Assembly: GCA_025360495.1 (NCBI GenBank) | Contig: JANYCC010000231.1 | Coordinates: 1 to 53,540, forward strand | DNA: 53,540 nucleotides | Origin: Verrucomicrobiota bacterium | Lineage (GTDB): Bacteria > Verrucomicrobiota > Verrucomicrobiia > Limisphaerales > UBA9464 | Direction of reading: 5' to 3' | In this document: positions 19,436 to 27,078 of the stretch, piece by piece | Position numbering within the stretch: position 1 is the first letter of the stretch | Layout of the letters: each line of letters starts with the position of its first letter | Notes under the pieces: generated by a model | Told to the model about the DNA's origin: nothing | What the model saw: the letters and a program-made list of their open reading frames with translations, nothing else | The model's database searches: none | Program-made: the position numbers and the translations under genes

Positions 19436-19495
19436 TCTGGATTTCTGAAGCTCTGAGGTTCTGTAGTTCGGCGGTTCTGAGGCTCCGAGGTTCCG
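19436..19495 (-). repeat. Degenerate octamer array in the opposite orientation (TCTGGATT TCTGAAGC TCTGAGGT TCTGTAGT TCGGCGGT TCTGAGGC TCCGAGGT)
   Basis: TCTGAAGC is the reverse complement of a cyclic permutation of AGAGCTTC. With 19279-19350 it forms an inverted pair around a spacer of about 85 bp. It lies 17-76 bp downstream of the rfbA stop. Confidence 0.85.
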
Positions 19496-19511
19496 GCCCC
19501 GTTCAACGACC

Positions 19512-20384
19512 TCAAGCGCCATGGGCCTCGGCGGCGACGGCCTCCAGATAGGTCCGGTACTCACAGCGCGGGAGGCGTCCGATGAGTTTCTCGAATTCAG
19601 GCAGGCTGATGAAACCGCGCCGGAAAGCCGCCTCCTCCGGGCAACCGACCTTGATCCCCTGCCGTTTTTCAATCGTCTGCACATAGGCGCTGGCCTCGTG
19701 CAGGCTGGAACTGGTGCCGGCATCCAGCCAGGCGAACCCGCGGGTCAGACGGCACACCCGGAGCGCCCCCCGGCGCAGGTACTCGAGGTTGACATCGGTG
19801 ATCTCCAGTTCGCCCCGCGCGCTCGGTTGCAGGTTGCGCGCGATCTCCACCACTTCGTTGTCATATAAATAGAGTCCCGGGACGGCGTGGTTGCTCCGTG
19901 GCCGCGCCGGCTTCTCCTCGATGGATATCGCGCGTCCCTCCGCATCAAATTCCACCACCCCGTACCGTTCCGGATCGTTCACATGATACCCGAAGATCGT
20001 GGCCCCGGACCGGAAGTCGGCGAACGCCCGGTGAAAGGAGTCGCCCCCGTAGAAGATGTTGTCCCCCAGGATCAGGGTCACCGGATCGGACCCGATGAAC
20101 GTGTCGGCGATGCGGAGGGCTTGGGCGATGCCCTGGGGATGGGCCTGTTCGCGGTACTCGATCGACAGGCCCCACTGGGATCCATCCCCGAACAACTGGC
20201 GGAAGCGGGGCAGGTCCTGGGGAGTGGAAATCAGGCAGAATTCCCGGACCCCGCCCTCGATCAGCGTGGTCAACGGGTAGTAGACCATCGGCTTGTCATA
20301 GACCGGTTGGAGTTGTTTCGAGGCGACCAGCGTCAGGGGGTACAGACGCGATCCGGCGCCGCCGGCGAGGAGGATGCCTTTCAT
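19512..20384 (-). CDS. rfbA: Glucose-1-phosphate thymidylyltransferase
   Basis: MKGILLAGGAGSRLYPLT, ILGDNIFYG and EEKPARPRSNHAVPGLY. Confidence 0.9.
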   Translation of the reverse strand: MKGILLAGGAGSRLYPLTLVASKQLQPVYDKPMVYYPLTTLIEGGVREFCLISTPQDLPRFRQLFGDGSQWGLSIEYREQAHPQGIAQALRIADTFIGSDPVTLILGDNIFYGGDSFHRAFADFRSGATIFGYHVNDPERYGVVEFDAEGRAISIEEKPARPRSNHAVPGLYLYDNEVVEIARNLQPSARGELEITDVNLEYLRRGALRVCRLTRGFAWLDAGTSSSLHEASAYVQTIEKRQGIKVGCPEEAAFRRGFISLPEFEKLIGRLPRCEYRTYLEAVAAEAHGA

Positions 20385-20408
20385 GATGGGGAGGGGAATC
20401 GGACCGGG

Positions 20409-20894
20409 TCAGAGAAGTTTTTCGGCAAAGGGCAGCAGTTTCTGGATTTGACCCTGCAATCGGGCGAGGGAATCGAGACGGTCCCGGCACACCTGGTACT
20501 CCTCGCGGTCGACGGTGCCGGCCTTGCGGTTGGATTCGAGGCTGGCCAGGAGCAGGGTCACTTTGCGGCGGGACTTTTCCAACTGCGGCCGGAAAGTCCC
20601 GGAATAGTTCGCGCGGAGCACCTCGGCCAGGTCGGCCTGCACCTCGAAATAATCCTTCCGATCGCCCGGTTTCCACACCTGCCGGACCGCGTGCCAGGAG
20701 AGCAGATGACGGGTCCCCGTGCTGACACTGGCCTTGCTGATCCCGAGCGACTCCGCGATGTCATCCAATCCCAGCGGCCGGGGGGCCAGGTAGAGCAACC
20801 CGTAGATCTGGCCGACCGACCGTGGCAGACCCATCATCTGACAGAGGCGGGCCGCCACCTCGACCATCTCGATCCGTATCGGTGAAAGAGGCAT
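20409..20894 (-). CDS. GbsR/MarR-family winged-helix transcriptional regulator
   Basis: ORF 20409..21005 with an ATG at 20894 (MPLSPIRIEMVEV). The HTH region is GLPRSVGQIYGLLYLAPRPLGLDDIAESLGISKASVSTGTRHL followed by PGDRKDYFE. The gene ends 24 bp upstream of rfbA on the same strand. Confidence 0.7.
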   Translation of the reverse strand: MPLSPIRIEMVEVAARLCQMMGLPRSVGQIYGLLYLAPRPLGLDDIAESLGISKASVSTGTRHLLSWHAVRQVWKPGDRKDYFEVQADLAEVLRANYSGTFRPQLEKSRRKVTLLLASLESNRKAGTVDREEYQVCRDRLDSLARLQGQIQKLLPFAEKLL

Positions 20895-21018
20895 GGGATC
20901 AGGGCGCAGGGGTTGGGCTGCGGTCCGGGAAAAAGGTCGGAAATGGGCGGAAACGGTGCGAAACCGGCCCGGGGGAAAGGCTTCCAAGAATCCGCGTTCC
21001 GACACTTCGTGCCCGTCA

Positions 21019-21082
21019 ATTCGCAGAAGCGAATCTCCATGGCGGAACCGGATGATCCAGTTCGTTCAAGTCGCGTTGAACG
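21019..21082. promoter_or_regulatory. Two short perfect palindromes, ATTCGC-agaa-GCGAAT (21019-21034) and CGTTCAA-gtcgcg-TTGAACG (21063-21082), upstream of the GbsR/MarR gene
   Basis: Read directly. They lie 125-190 bp upstream of the regulator ATG (20894). Their function is unknown. Confidence 0.3.
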
Positions 21083-21263
21083 GATTAAACAGACTGCCAC
21101 CCGATGACAAGGTGCAAGTTCGCGATCGGGTCGGGGGGGGTAAGAGTGCCCGTCCCCTTGCATCCGGCAGGGAACGTGCCCGGGAGGCCGACCGAGATCA
21201 AGCGGACTCCCGGCCGTTTGCTCCCGGGCATTCCTCGCGGTGCGGGCCGGGGATTCCGAATCC

Positions 21264-21905
21264 CTACCGGAGATACTTCGCCACGGCCTCCGCCTGAGAA
21301 TTCACCTGCAGTTTCTCGTAAATGCGGCGCAGGTAGGTCTGGACCGTGGTCACACTCACCCCGAGTTCGGCGGCGGCTTCCTTGACCCGTCGCCCGCGGG
21401 CGATCCGTTCCAAGACCTCGACCTCGCGGGGACTCAGGTTTTCCCGCAGCGCCGACGGTTCGGGAGCGCCGTGGAATGACTCAACAATCCGCCGCGCGAC
21501 GATCGCCGACATCGGGGATCCCCCCCGCGCGACCACCTGGATCGCGTCGAGGATCTCCGCCGGCGTCGAGGATTTCAGCAGATACCCGGCCGCTCCCGCG
21601 CGCAGGGCGGCGAAGACCCGCTCGTTGTTCTCCTCGATGGTCAGCATCACCACCTGCGCCACCGGATGGAGCCGTTTCAGCTCGCGCGTGCACTCGATCC
21701 CCGAGAGCCCCGGCAGGTTCAGGTCCATGAGCACCACGTCCGGCAGGACCCGGGGGGCATCACGCAGCGCCTCCTCCGCCGTGCCGAACATCCCGACACA
21801 TTCGATCCAAGGGGTGAGATCCAGGATCGCCCGCAGGCCCCGGCGAAAGGTCAGCCTGTCCTCGACGACGGCGACGCGGATGGATGGGACCGGGGGGGAT
21901 GACAT
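21264..21905 (-). CDS. NarL/LuxR-family response regulator (REC + LuxR HTH)
   Basis: IRVAVVEDRLTFRRGL...DVVLMDLNLPGLSG (REC domain) and LSPREVEVLERIARGRRVKEAAAELGVSVTTVQTYLRRIYEKL (HTH). The ATG at 21905 is preferred over 21932 because it avoids overlap with the kinase. Confidence 0.85.
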   Translation of the reverse strand: MSSPPVPSIRVAVVEDRLTFRRGLRAILDLTPWIECVGMFGTAEEALRDAPRVLPDVVLMDLNLPGLSGIECTRELKRLHPVAQVVMLTIEENNERVFAALRAGAAGYLLKSSTPAEILDAIQVVARGGSPMSAIVARRIVESFHGAPEPSALRENLSPREVEVLERIARGRRVKEAAAELGVSVTTVQTYLRRIYEKLQVNSQAEAVAKYLR

Positions 21906-21921
21906 CGGATTTCTTTCGGGT

Positions 21922-24900
21922 TCACCATTCAACGGGCATCCGCACGCAAATCATCGTGCCGGCTTCGCCCGAACTCTCCACTTCAAACGATCCGCCCACC
22001 AGTTCGACCCGTTCACGCAGGTTGCGAAGACCGCTGCCGGCACCGGTCACCGCGGGATCGAATCCCCGGCCGTCGTCGCGCACCACGACCCGGACTTCGC
22101 CCTCCGTGACGGTCAGGGCGAGCGCCATGTTGTGCGCTCCGGAATGTTTGGCCGCATTGGCAAGGGTCTCCTTCAAGACGACCAGCAATTCATGCCGGAC
22201 CCGGGCCGCGACACCCCTCGGATCGTCGGCCCCGGGCAACTCCAACTGGCACCCGACGCCGGCGGCCTGGCAATACCGTTCCATCAACTCGCCCAGGAAA
22301 GCGCCCAGGTTGCCCACGTTGTCGCACCGGGGGTTGGTCGTCCACGTCAACTCGCGAAGCCCGTTGGCCAGCACCCGCGTGTCCGACGCAAGCGTGGCCA
22401 ACTGGTTGCCTTCCGCCCGCCCGCGACGATGCACCGCCTCCATCTCCAGGGCGATGCCCGTGAGGCTGGCACCCAGGTCATCATGCAGATCCCGCGCAAT
22501 CCGGGCGCGCTCCTCCGCCACGGCCTGGGTCTGTTGGAGTTGGAAGATCCGACGCTGGACGGCGAGCCGATACGATTGGACCCCACCGGCCAAACCCACG
22601 GTCGCCGCACCGCAGGCGAAGTAAAACGCCCACGTTTCATAGAAATGTGGCGCGACGGAGAAGTCCAAACGGGCGGCGTTCGGATTCCAGATGCCGTGAT
22701 TGTTGCACGCACTCACCCGGAAGGTGTAGTCGCCCGGACGAAGGTTTACATAGACCAACCGGCGTTCCCCGGACTCCGCCAGACGCCAGTCCGGGTCATG
22801 CCCCTCCAAGCGGTATTTGAAACGGATCTTCTCCGGTGCGACGAATCCATTGGCCGTGTAGCGGATCTCCAGCACCCGGGCACGGCCGGGCGGCAGCCGG
22901 ACGGGGCCGGCGTTGGGTCGGGTGCCCGCGATGCTTAAATTTCCAATCCCGGCGATCTGTTCATCCCCAAGGATCACCTCGCCATCCGCCTGGACCTGCT
23001 CGATGACCACCGGGGGGATCGCTTCATTGAAATGGGTGTTCTTGGGATCGATCGTCACCACGCCGACGGTCGTGGGAAACCAGAGCCGGCCGGCGTGGTC
23101 CTTGCAGCCTGCGGGCTGGTACTCGCCATTGGTTTCACTGCTGGGCATGCCATCGGCGGTTCCAAACACGGCACAGGCCAGTCCCGATTCCCGTCCGGCC
23201 CCGACCGCATTCAACTCGGCGCGGGCGATCCGGAAAATCCCCCGGTTGCAACTGAGCCAAAGGAACCCGTCGTCGTCCTCGACTATGTGATTGATGAGAT
23301 TGTCGAGGAGGCCATTGGCAATGGTGAACGTGAAGAATTGGCCTTTGCCCCGCGCGAAGGCCGGATTCCCCTCGGTCGTTCCGGAGGTGGACAACCCCAA
23401 TGAATCCGGGGACGGAACCAACCGGCTCAATCCGTTCGCCGTTCCAATCCACAGCACCCCTTCCGAATCCTCGTGCAGGGCGATGACATAATCGTCCGCC
23501 AAACCCTCGCGGTGGGTGAACTGCTCCACCGCCCCATCCTTCCAATGGAACAAACCGGCCCCTTTGGAACCAAACCACATTCCTCCATCCCTTCCCTGGA
23601 GCGAGAATCGGATGTCGCACTTGGGAAGACCGGGCAAATCAATCCGCCGGCCATCACGGCAGCAGATGACCCCGTGCTCGGTGCCCACCCACAGCCGTTG
23701 GTCGTGATCCAGATAGAGGGCCTGGACTCCCACCCCTTCCAGTCCATGGAACAGGCTGCCGTCCGGGCGAAGCCCCGCCAGGCTGGATCGGTAAAAGGCG
23801 CCGTCCGCCGTCACACAATCCATCCAAATGACGTTCGCCGGGTCCGCCAGGACGCAACGCCGGGCCAGTGAGGTCGAAACGTCGGGCAGGGCACGGAGAC
23901 CTTTGGGACCGATCACCGCCAATCCCTTCTCGGTTGCCAGCCACTTCGCGCCATCGGGCCCCTCGCTCACCGACCAGATCTCATCGCTCGGCAGCGACTC
24001 TTTGCGGGTGAAGGCTTGGACAATCCGGGGACGGAGTTGAAACAGGCCGGCATCCGTCGCGATCCAAAGGCTGCCTTCGCGATCTTCGAGAAACCCCGAC
24101 ACGTCCGGCTGGGAATCCGCAGACCCCAAAGGAACCCCCTCCATGGCGTCCCCGGTGACCCGGGCCAGGCCGGCCCCCCGGATGCCCACCCAGATGGTCT
24201 GCCGCGCATCGCGATAGAGATGGGTGATCACCTGGCTTTGGAAAGGTGCCGGAACCTGCTTCCACTCCATTCCGGCCCGGCGATGATATAACCCCCCGAC
24301 CGTCCCCATCCACCAACCCCCGGCACCGTCCTCAATGGCACTCATGCAATACGTCTCCGGCCCTGGTGGGCGCGGCGTAATCATCACCGCCGCCACGGAC
24401 TGAAACACACCATCGGTGATCAGGGGAAGCACCCGGCCGTCGGCCTGATGGACCAGCTTTTGTTCGCACTGCGAGAAATGATCCATGAACGCGTAGGGAC
24501 CGTCGGGAAAACGTCCGAATCGTTCACCCGTATCGATCCAAAGGGCTCCCCGGCCATCGACCGCAAGTTCCCAAATGGGCAAACCTGTCTCCAGCCCGGG
24601 AATCGGGGATCGTTCCCACCTCTGATCACGCAACCTCACCAGGCCTTCGTGTGTCCCGATCCACAGGGTTCCATCGGGGGTTGCGGCGAGCGCATTGATG
24701 GAATCGCTCGGCAATTCCGGTCTTTTGTAGTGATTGAAAAGCGTGAACCGCACGCCGTCAAAACGCACCACCCCGGCCCACGTGCCCAACCACAGATAAC
24801 CCTCCGTCGTCTGGGCCATCGCCGTGATACGATGCTGCGGAAGGCCGGAGTCAGTGGTCCAATGCCGGAGGGTGAAATCCTTGGCCGGGTCGGCCCCGGC

Positions 24901-24945
24901 GACCTCGCAAAAAACGATCCTCCCCGCCAACCCAAGCTGAAACAT
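21922..24945 (-). CDS. Sensor histidine kinase with two-component-regulator beta-propeller repeats, a Y_Y_Y-type domain, one TM, HisKA_3 and HATPase_c
   Basis: ORF 21922..25191. There are many repeats of the W(I/L/V)GT..G(L) propeller type. These are followed by IRFKYRLEGHDPDWR, a TM segment (WAFYFACGAATVGLAGGV), ARDLHDDLGASLTGI (H-box) and DDGRGFD..GSGLRNLRERV. The start at ATG 24945 (MFQLGL) is tentative. Confidence 0.8.
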   Translation of the reverse strand: MFQLGLAGRIVFCEVAGADPAKDFTLRHWTTDSGLPQHRITAMAQTTEGYLWLGTWAGVVRFDGVRFTLFNHYKRPELPSDSINALAATPDGTLWIGTHEGLVRLRDQRWERSPIPGLETGLPIWELAVDGRGALWIDTGERFGRFPDGPYAFMDHFSQCEQKLVHQADGRVLPLITDGVFQSVAAVMITPRPPGPETYCMSAIEDGAGGWWMGTVGGLYHRRAGMEWKQVPAPFQSQVITHLYRDARQTIWVGIRGAGLARVTGDAMEGVPLGSADSQPDVSGFLEDREGSLWIATDAGLFQLRPRIVQAFTRKESLPSDEIWSVSEGPDGAKWLATEKGLAVIGPKGLRALPDVSTSLARRCVLADPANVIWMDCVTADGAFYRSSLAGLRPDGSLFHGLEGVGVQALYLDHDQRLWVGTEHGVICCRDGRRIDLPGLPKCDIRFSLQGRDGGMWFGSKGAGLFHWKDGAVEQFTHREGLADDYVIALHEDSEGVLWIGTANGLSRLVPSPDSLGLSTSGTTEGNPAFARGKGQFFTFTIANGLLDNLINHIVEDDDGFLWLSCNRGIFRIARAELNAVGAGRESGLACAVFGTADGMPSSETNGEYQPAGCKDHAGRLWFPTTVGVVTIDPKNTHFNEAIPPVVIEQVQADGEVILGDEQIAGIGNLSIAGTRPNAGPVRLPPGRARVLEIRYTANGFVAPEKIRFKYRLEGHDPDWRLAESGERRLVYVNLRPGDYTFRVSACNNHGIWNPNAARLDFSVAPHFYETWAFYFACGAATVGLAGGVQSYRLAVQRRIFQLQQTQAVAEERARIARDLHDDLGASLTGIALEMEAVHRRGRAEGNQLATLASDTRVLANGLRELTWTTNPRCDNVGNLGAFLGELMERYCQAAGVGCQLELPGADDPRGVAARVRHELLVVLKETLANAAKHSGAHNMALALTVTEGEVRVVVRDDGRGFDPAVTGAGSGLRNLRERVELVGGSFEVESSGEAGTMICVRMPVEW

Positions 24946-25032
24946 CCAGCGCCATGATTTCCCCGGGCGACTCAAGATGGGGAGTTCTATCGGCCGGGTG
25001 CGGACGCCGCAATCGCCCAGATCAAAGCCGGC

Positions 25033-25077
25033 GTTTTCGCGCCCTTCGCACCCTTCGCACCCTTCGCACCCTTTGCG
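25033..25077. repeat. Tandem 9-mer array: CCCTTCGCA x3 perfect (25042-25068) plus degenerate flanking units
   Basis: Read directly. It lies in the divergent region of about 470 bp between the kinase (start about 24945) and the 14-TM gene (25418). Confidence 0.9.
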
Positions 25078-25417
25078 CCCGTTGTTGTTCCCCTGCCTCC
25101 CACCATGCCTGGCGCCCATGCCCGGATCATGACCGGTTCGTGCCCGGGCACGGGCGCCTTGATATCCGTGGCGTGTTGGTAGAGGCACCACAGATGAGGT
25201 TGCTTGGATGGCAATGGCATCCTAGGCCGGCCACGCTCGGGCGATATTCCCATTTTGAAGGACAAATCAATCGTTTCCCAAATCGCGCGGGGTGTTTTGT
25301 CCTGCATATGAGGGACAAGATCATCCGTACGGAATCCCGGTTCCTCGTCGGTCTCCGCAAAGAAACATCCGGCCGGGAGCTCGCCTGATCGGATGGATTC
25401 CATCACGGTTCGCGCCG

Positions 25418-26974
25418 ATGTCCCCGACCCTGGTTCTGTTCGTGGCCACCGGTCTCGCCCTATCGATTGGTTGGGGCATCCGCGGCAATTTCGGGCATGA
25501 ATTCGGGGCCCTTCTGCCAGGAGCCTTGGCGTCACTCACCGCCGTGCTCGCCTCGGGTCGGCGTGACTGGCAACCCCGGGTGTTGTGGGCCGGGTTTCTC
25601 GGGGCGGTGGGATGGTCCTGGGGTGGCAGCATCAGCTATATGCAGGTGATCGCCTATACCCACAGCGGTCATTCCGGCACCATCGTCTACGGTTTCGCGT
25701 GCCTGTTCGTGATCGGGTTTCTGTGGGCGGCTCCGGGCGGCGCCGGCCTCGGCATCGCCCTGGAGGCACCCCGCTCCAAGCTCCTCGAGATTCCACCCAT
25801 GCTCGCCCTGCTGGGCATCGTCTGGACCGCCCAAAGCGTCGTCGAGGCCCGGCTGGGTCATGACCCGGATTTCCGGCACGAGGACTTATTATATTGGTAT
25901 GACACCGATTGGCTGGCGGCCGTGACGGCTCTGCTGGTGGCGTGCGGTCGTAGACTTTGGTTGCGACGTTGGGACACGGGCAGTTCGATGGTCGCCTGTG
26001 CGGCGCTGGGCTGGTGGGCCGGCTTCCTCGTTCTGGTCAACCTGATGGGAATGCGGATGACCCCCCCGCGGGGCGACAATTGGGCGGGTTGCCTGGGCTT
26101 GGTCATCGCCCTCGGGTTCTGGCTGCGGGCCCAGGGCTGGCGGGGTTCCTGGCTCGCGCTCGTCCTGACCGGATCGGCCGGCGGCGCTGCGTTCGCCGGC
26201 GCGACCCTGCTGCAATTGATGGAATTGAAATCCGGCGCCCAAACCAGCTGGCATAGCATCCTCGAACAAACCTATGGGTTCGGCAACGGCCTCGGTGTCG
26301 CGTGGGCCATCCATCGCCTGCGCCATCGGCTCGCGCCACCCGACGAAACCGGGCCAGCAGGGCGGTATTGGCATCTGGCTGCGGCGGCATTCCTGCTCGT
26401 CGGCATCCCGTGGCTCAACCTCCAGAAAAACCCGGAGCAGTGGATCAAATCGGGCGCCGTGCCTGCCACCCTTCACGCACTGCCATTGGCCGGGTGGTTC
26501 CATGCGGCGATGGCCTTGCTCCTCGGGCTGGTATTATACCTTGGATGCCGCCACCTCCGCCAACCCCTCGCCATCGCGCCCGCCACGTGGACGGGTCGCG
26601 GCCAATGGGTGCTCATCGCGCTGCTGGCCTTCATGGTCGCCGGGAATTTCATGCGCGCGCTGCCGGGATTCCAAGCCCAGCGACTGGTCACCGAAGGCGT
26701 GATCCAATTCAACACCCTGCTGCTCACGGCCCTGATCCTCGGCGCCACTTTCCCGGCGTTGACCACGCCAACCCCGTTCGATTGGACCCGCGAATTGCGC
26801 CGGGCCGGGTTGTGGGCGGTGGGTCTGGCCCTGGCGATGACCCTCCTGCCGTGGACGCTGGTGAGAGAGCTTTACGGCGATCACCCGGTCGGGTTCCACA
26901 ATTTGCACATCCGTTTCGGGCCCGACGCCAATGCCACGACGGCGAAGCCCAAGGCGGGCCAGCCGCATCCGTAG
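25418..26974 (+). CDS. Uncharacterised polytopic membrane protein (about 14 predicted TM segments)
   Basis: ORF 25292..26974. The ATG at 25418 gives MSPTLVLFVATGLALSIGWGIRGNFGHEFG. The protein is hydrophobic throughout and has no motif I can assign to a family. Confidence 0.6.
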   Translation: MSPTLVLFVATGLALSIGWGIRGNFGHEFGALLPGALASLTAVLASGRRDWQPRVLWAGFLGAVGWSWGGSISYMQVIAYTHSGHSGTIVYGFACLFVIGFLWAAPGGAGLGIALEAPRSKLLEIPPMLALLGIVWTAQSVVEARLGHDPDFRHEDLLYWYDTDWLAAVTALLVACGRRLWLRRWDTGSSMVACAALGWWAGFLVLVNLMGMRMTPPRGDNWAGCLGLVIALGFWLRAQGWRGSWLALVLTGSAGGAAFAGATLLQLMELKSGAQTSWHSILEQTYGFGNGLGVAWAIHRLRHRLAPPDETGPAGRYWHLAAAAFLLVGIPWLNLQKNPEQWIKSGAVPATLHALPLAGWFHAAMALLLGLVLYLGCRHLRQPLAIAPATWTGRGQWVLIALLAFMVAGNFMRALPGFQAQRLVTEGVIQFNTLLLTALILGATFPALTTPTPFDWTRELRRAGLWAVGLALAMTLLPWTLVRELYGDHPVGFHNLHIRFGPDANATTAKPKAGQPHP

Positions 26975-26997
26975 GCCGGCGCGGAGCCGGGGTGGTC

Positions 26998-27021
26998 GGA
27001 GTTTCAGCGCCTCGGAACTTC
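26998..27021. repeat. Third site with the same octamer family (GGAGTTTC AGCGCCTC GGAACTTC)
   Basis: Read directly. It is intergenic between the 14-TM gene stop (26974) and the hom start (27079). Confidence 0.6.
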
Positions 27022-27078
27022 CGTCCCCACTTCAGGCTTCTCCCCAACCCGACCCGACGGCACCCTCCCCGCCCGGTT

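Noticed and set aside
19224-19448. 74-aa ORF encoding SELQSFRASELQSFR repeats (also seen in 18574..19371).
   Set aside because: The peptide repeat is simply the translation of the 8-bp DNA tandem array, which shifts frame every unit. It is better explained as a non-coding repeat element.
19279-19495. Possible CRISPR array, considered because of the regularly repeated short units here and at 25033-25077.
   Set aside because: The units are 8-9 bp and directly abutting, with no spacers. No cas genes are present in the window.
25042-25068. GCEGCEGCEG peptide repeat at the N-terminus of the longest kinase ORF.
   Set aside because: It lies in an Arg/Gly-rich extension upstream of a plausible ATG (24945). 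I treat it as an intergenic 9-bp repeat. Only N-terminal proteomics could overturn this.
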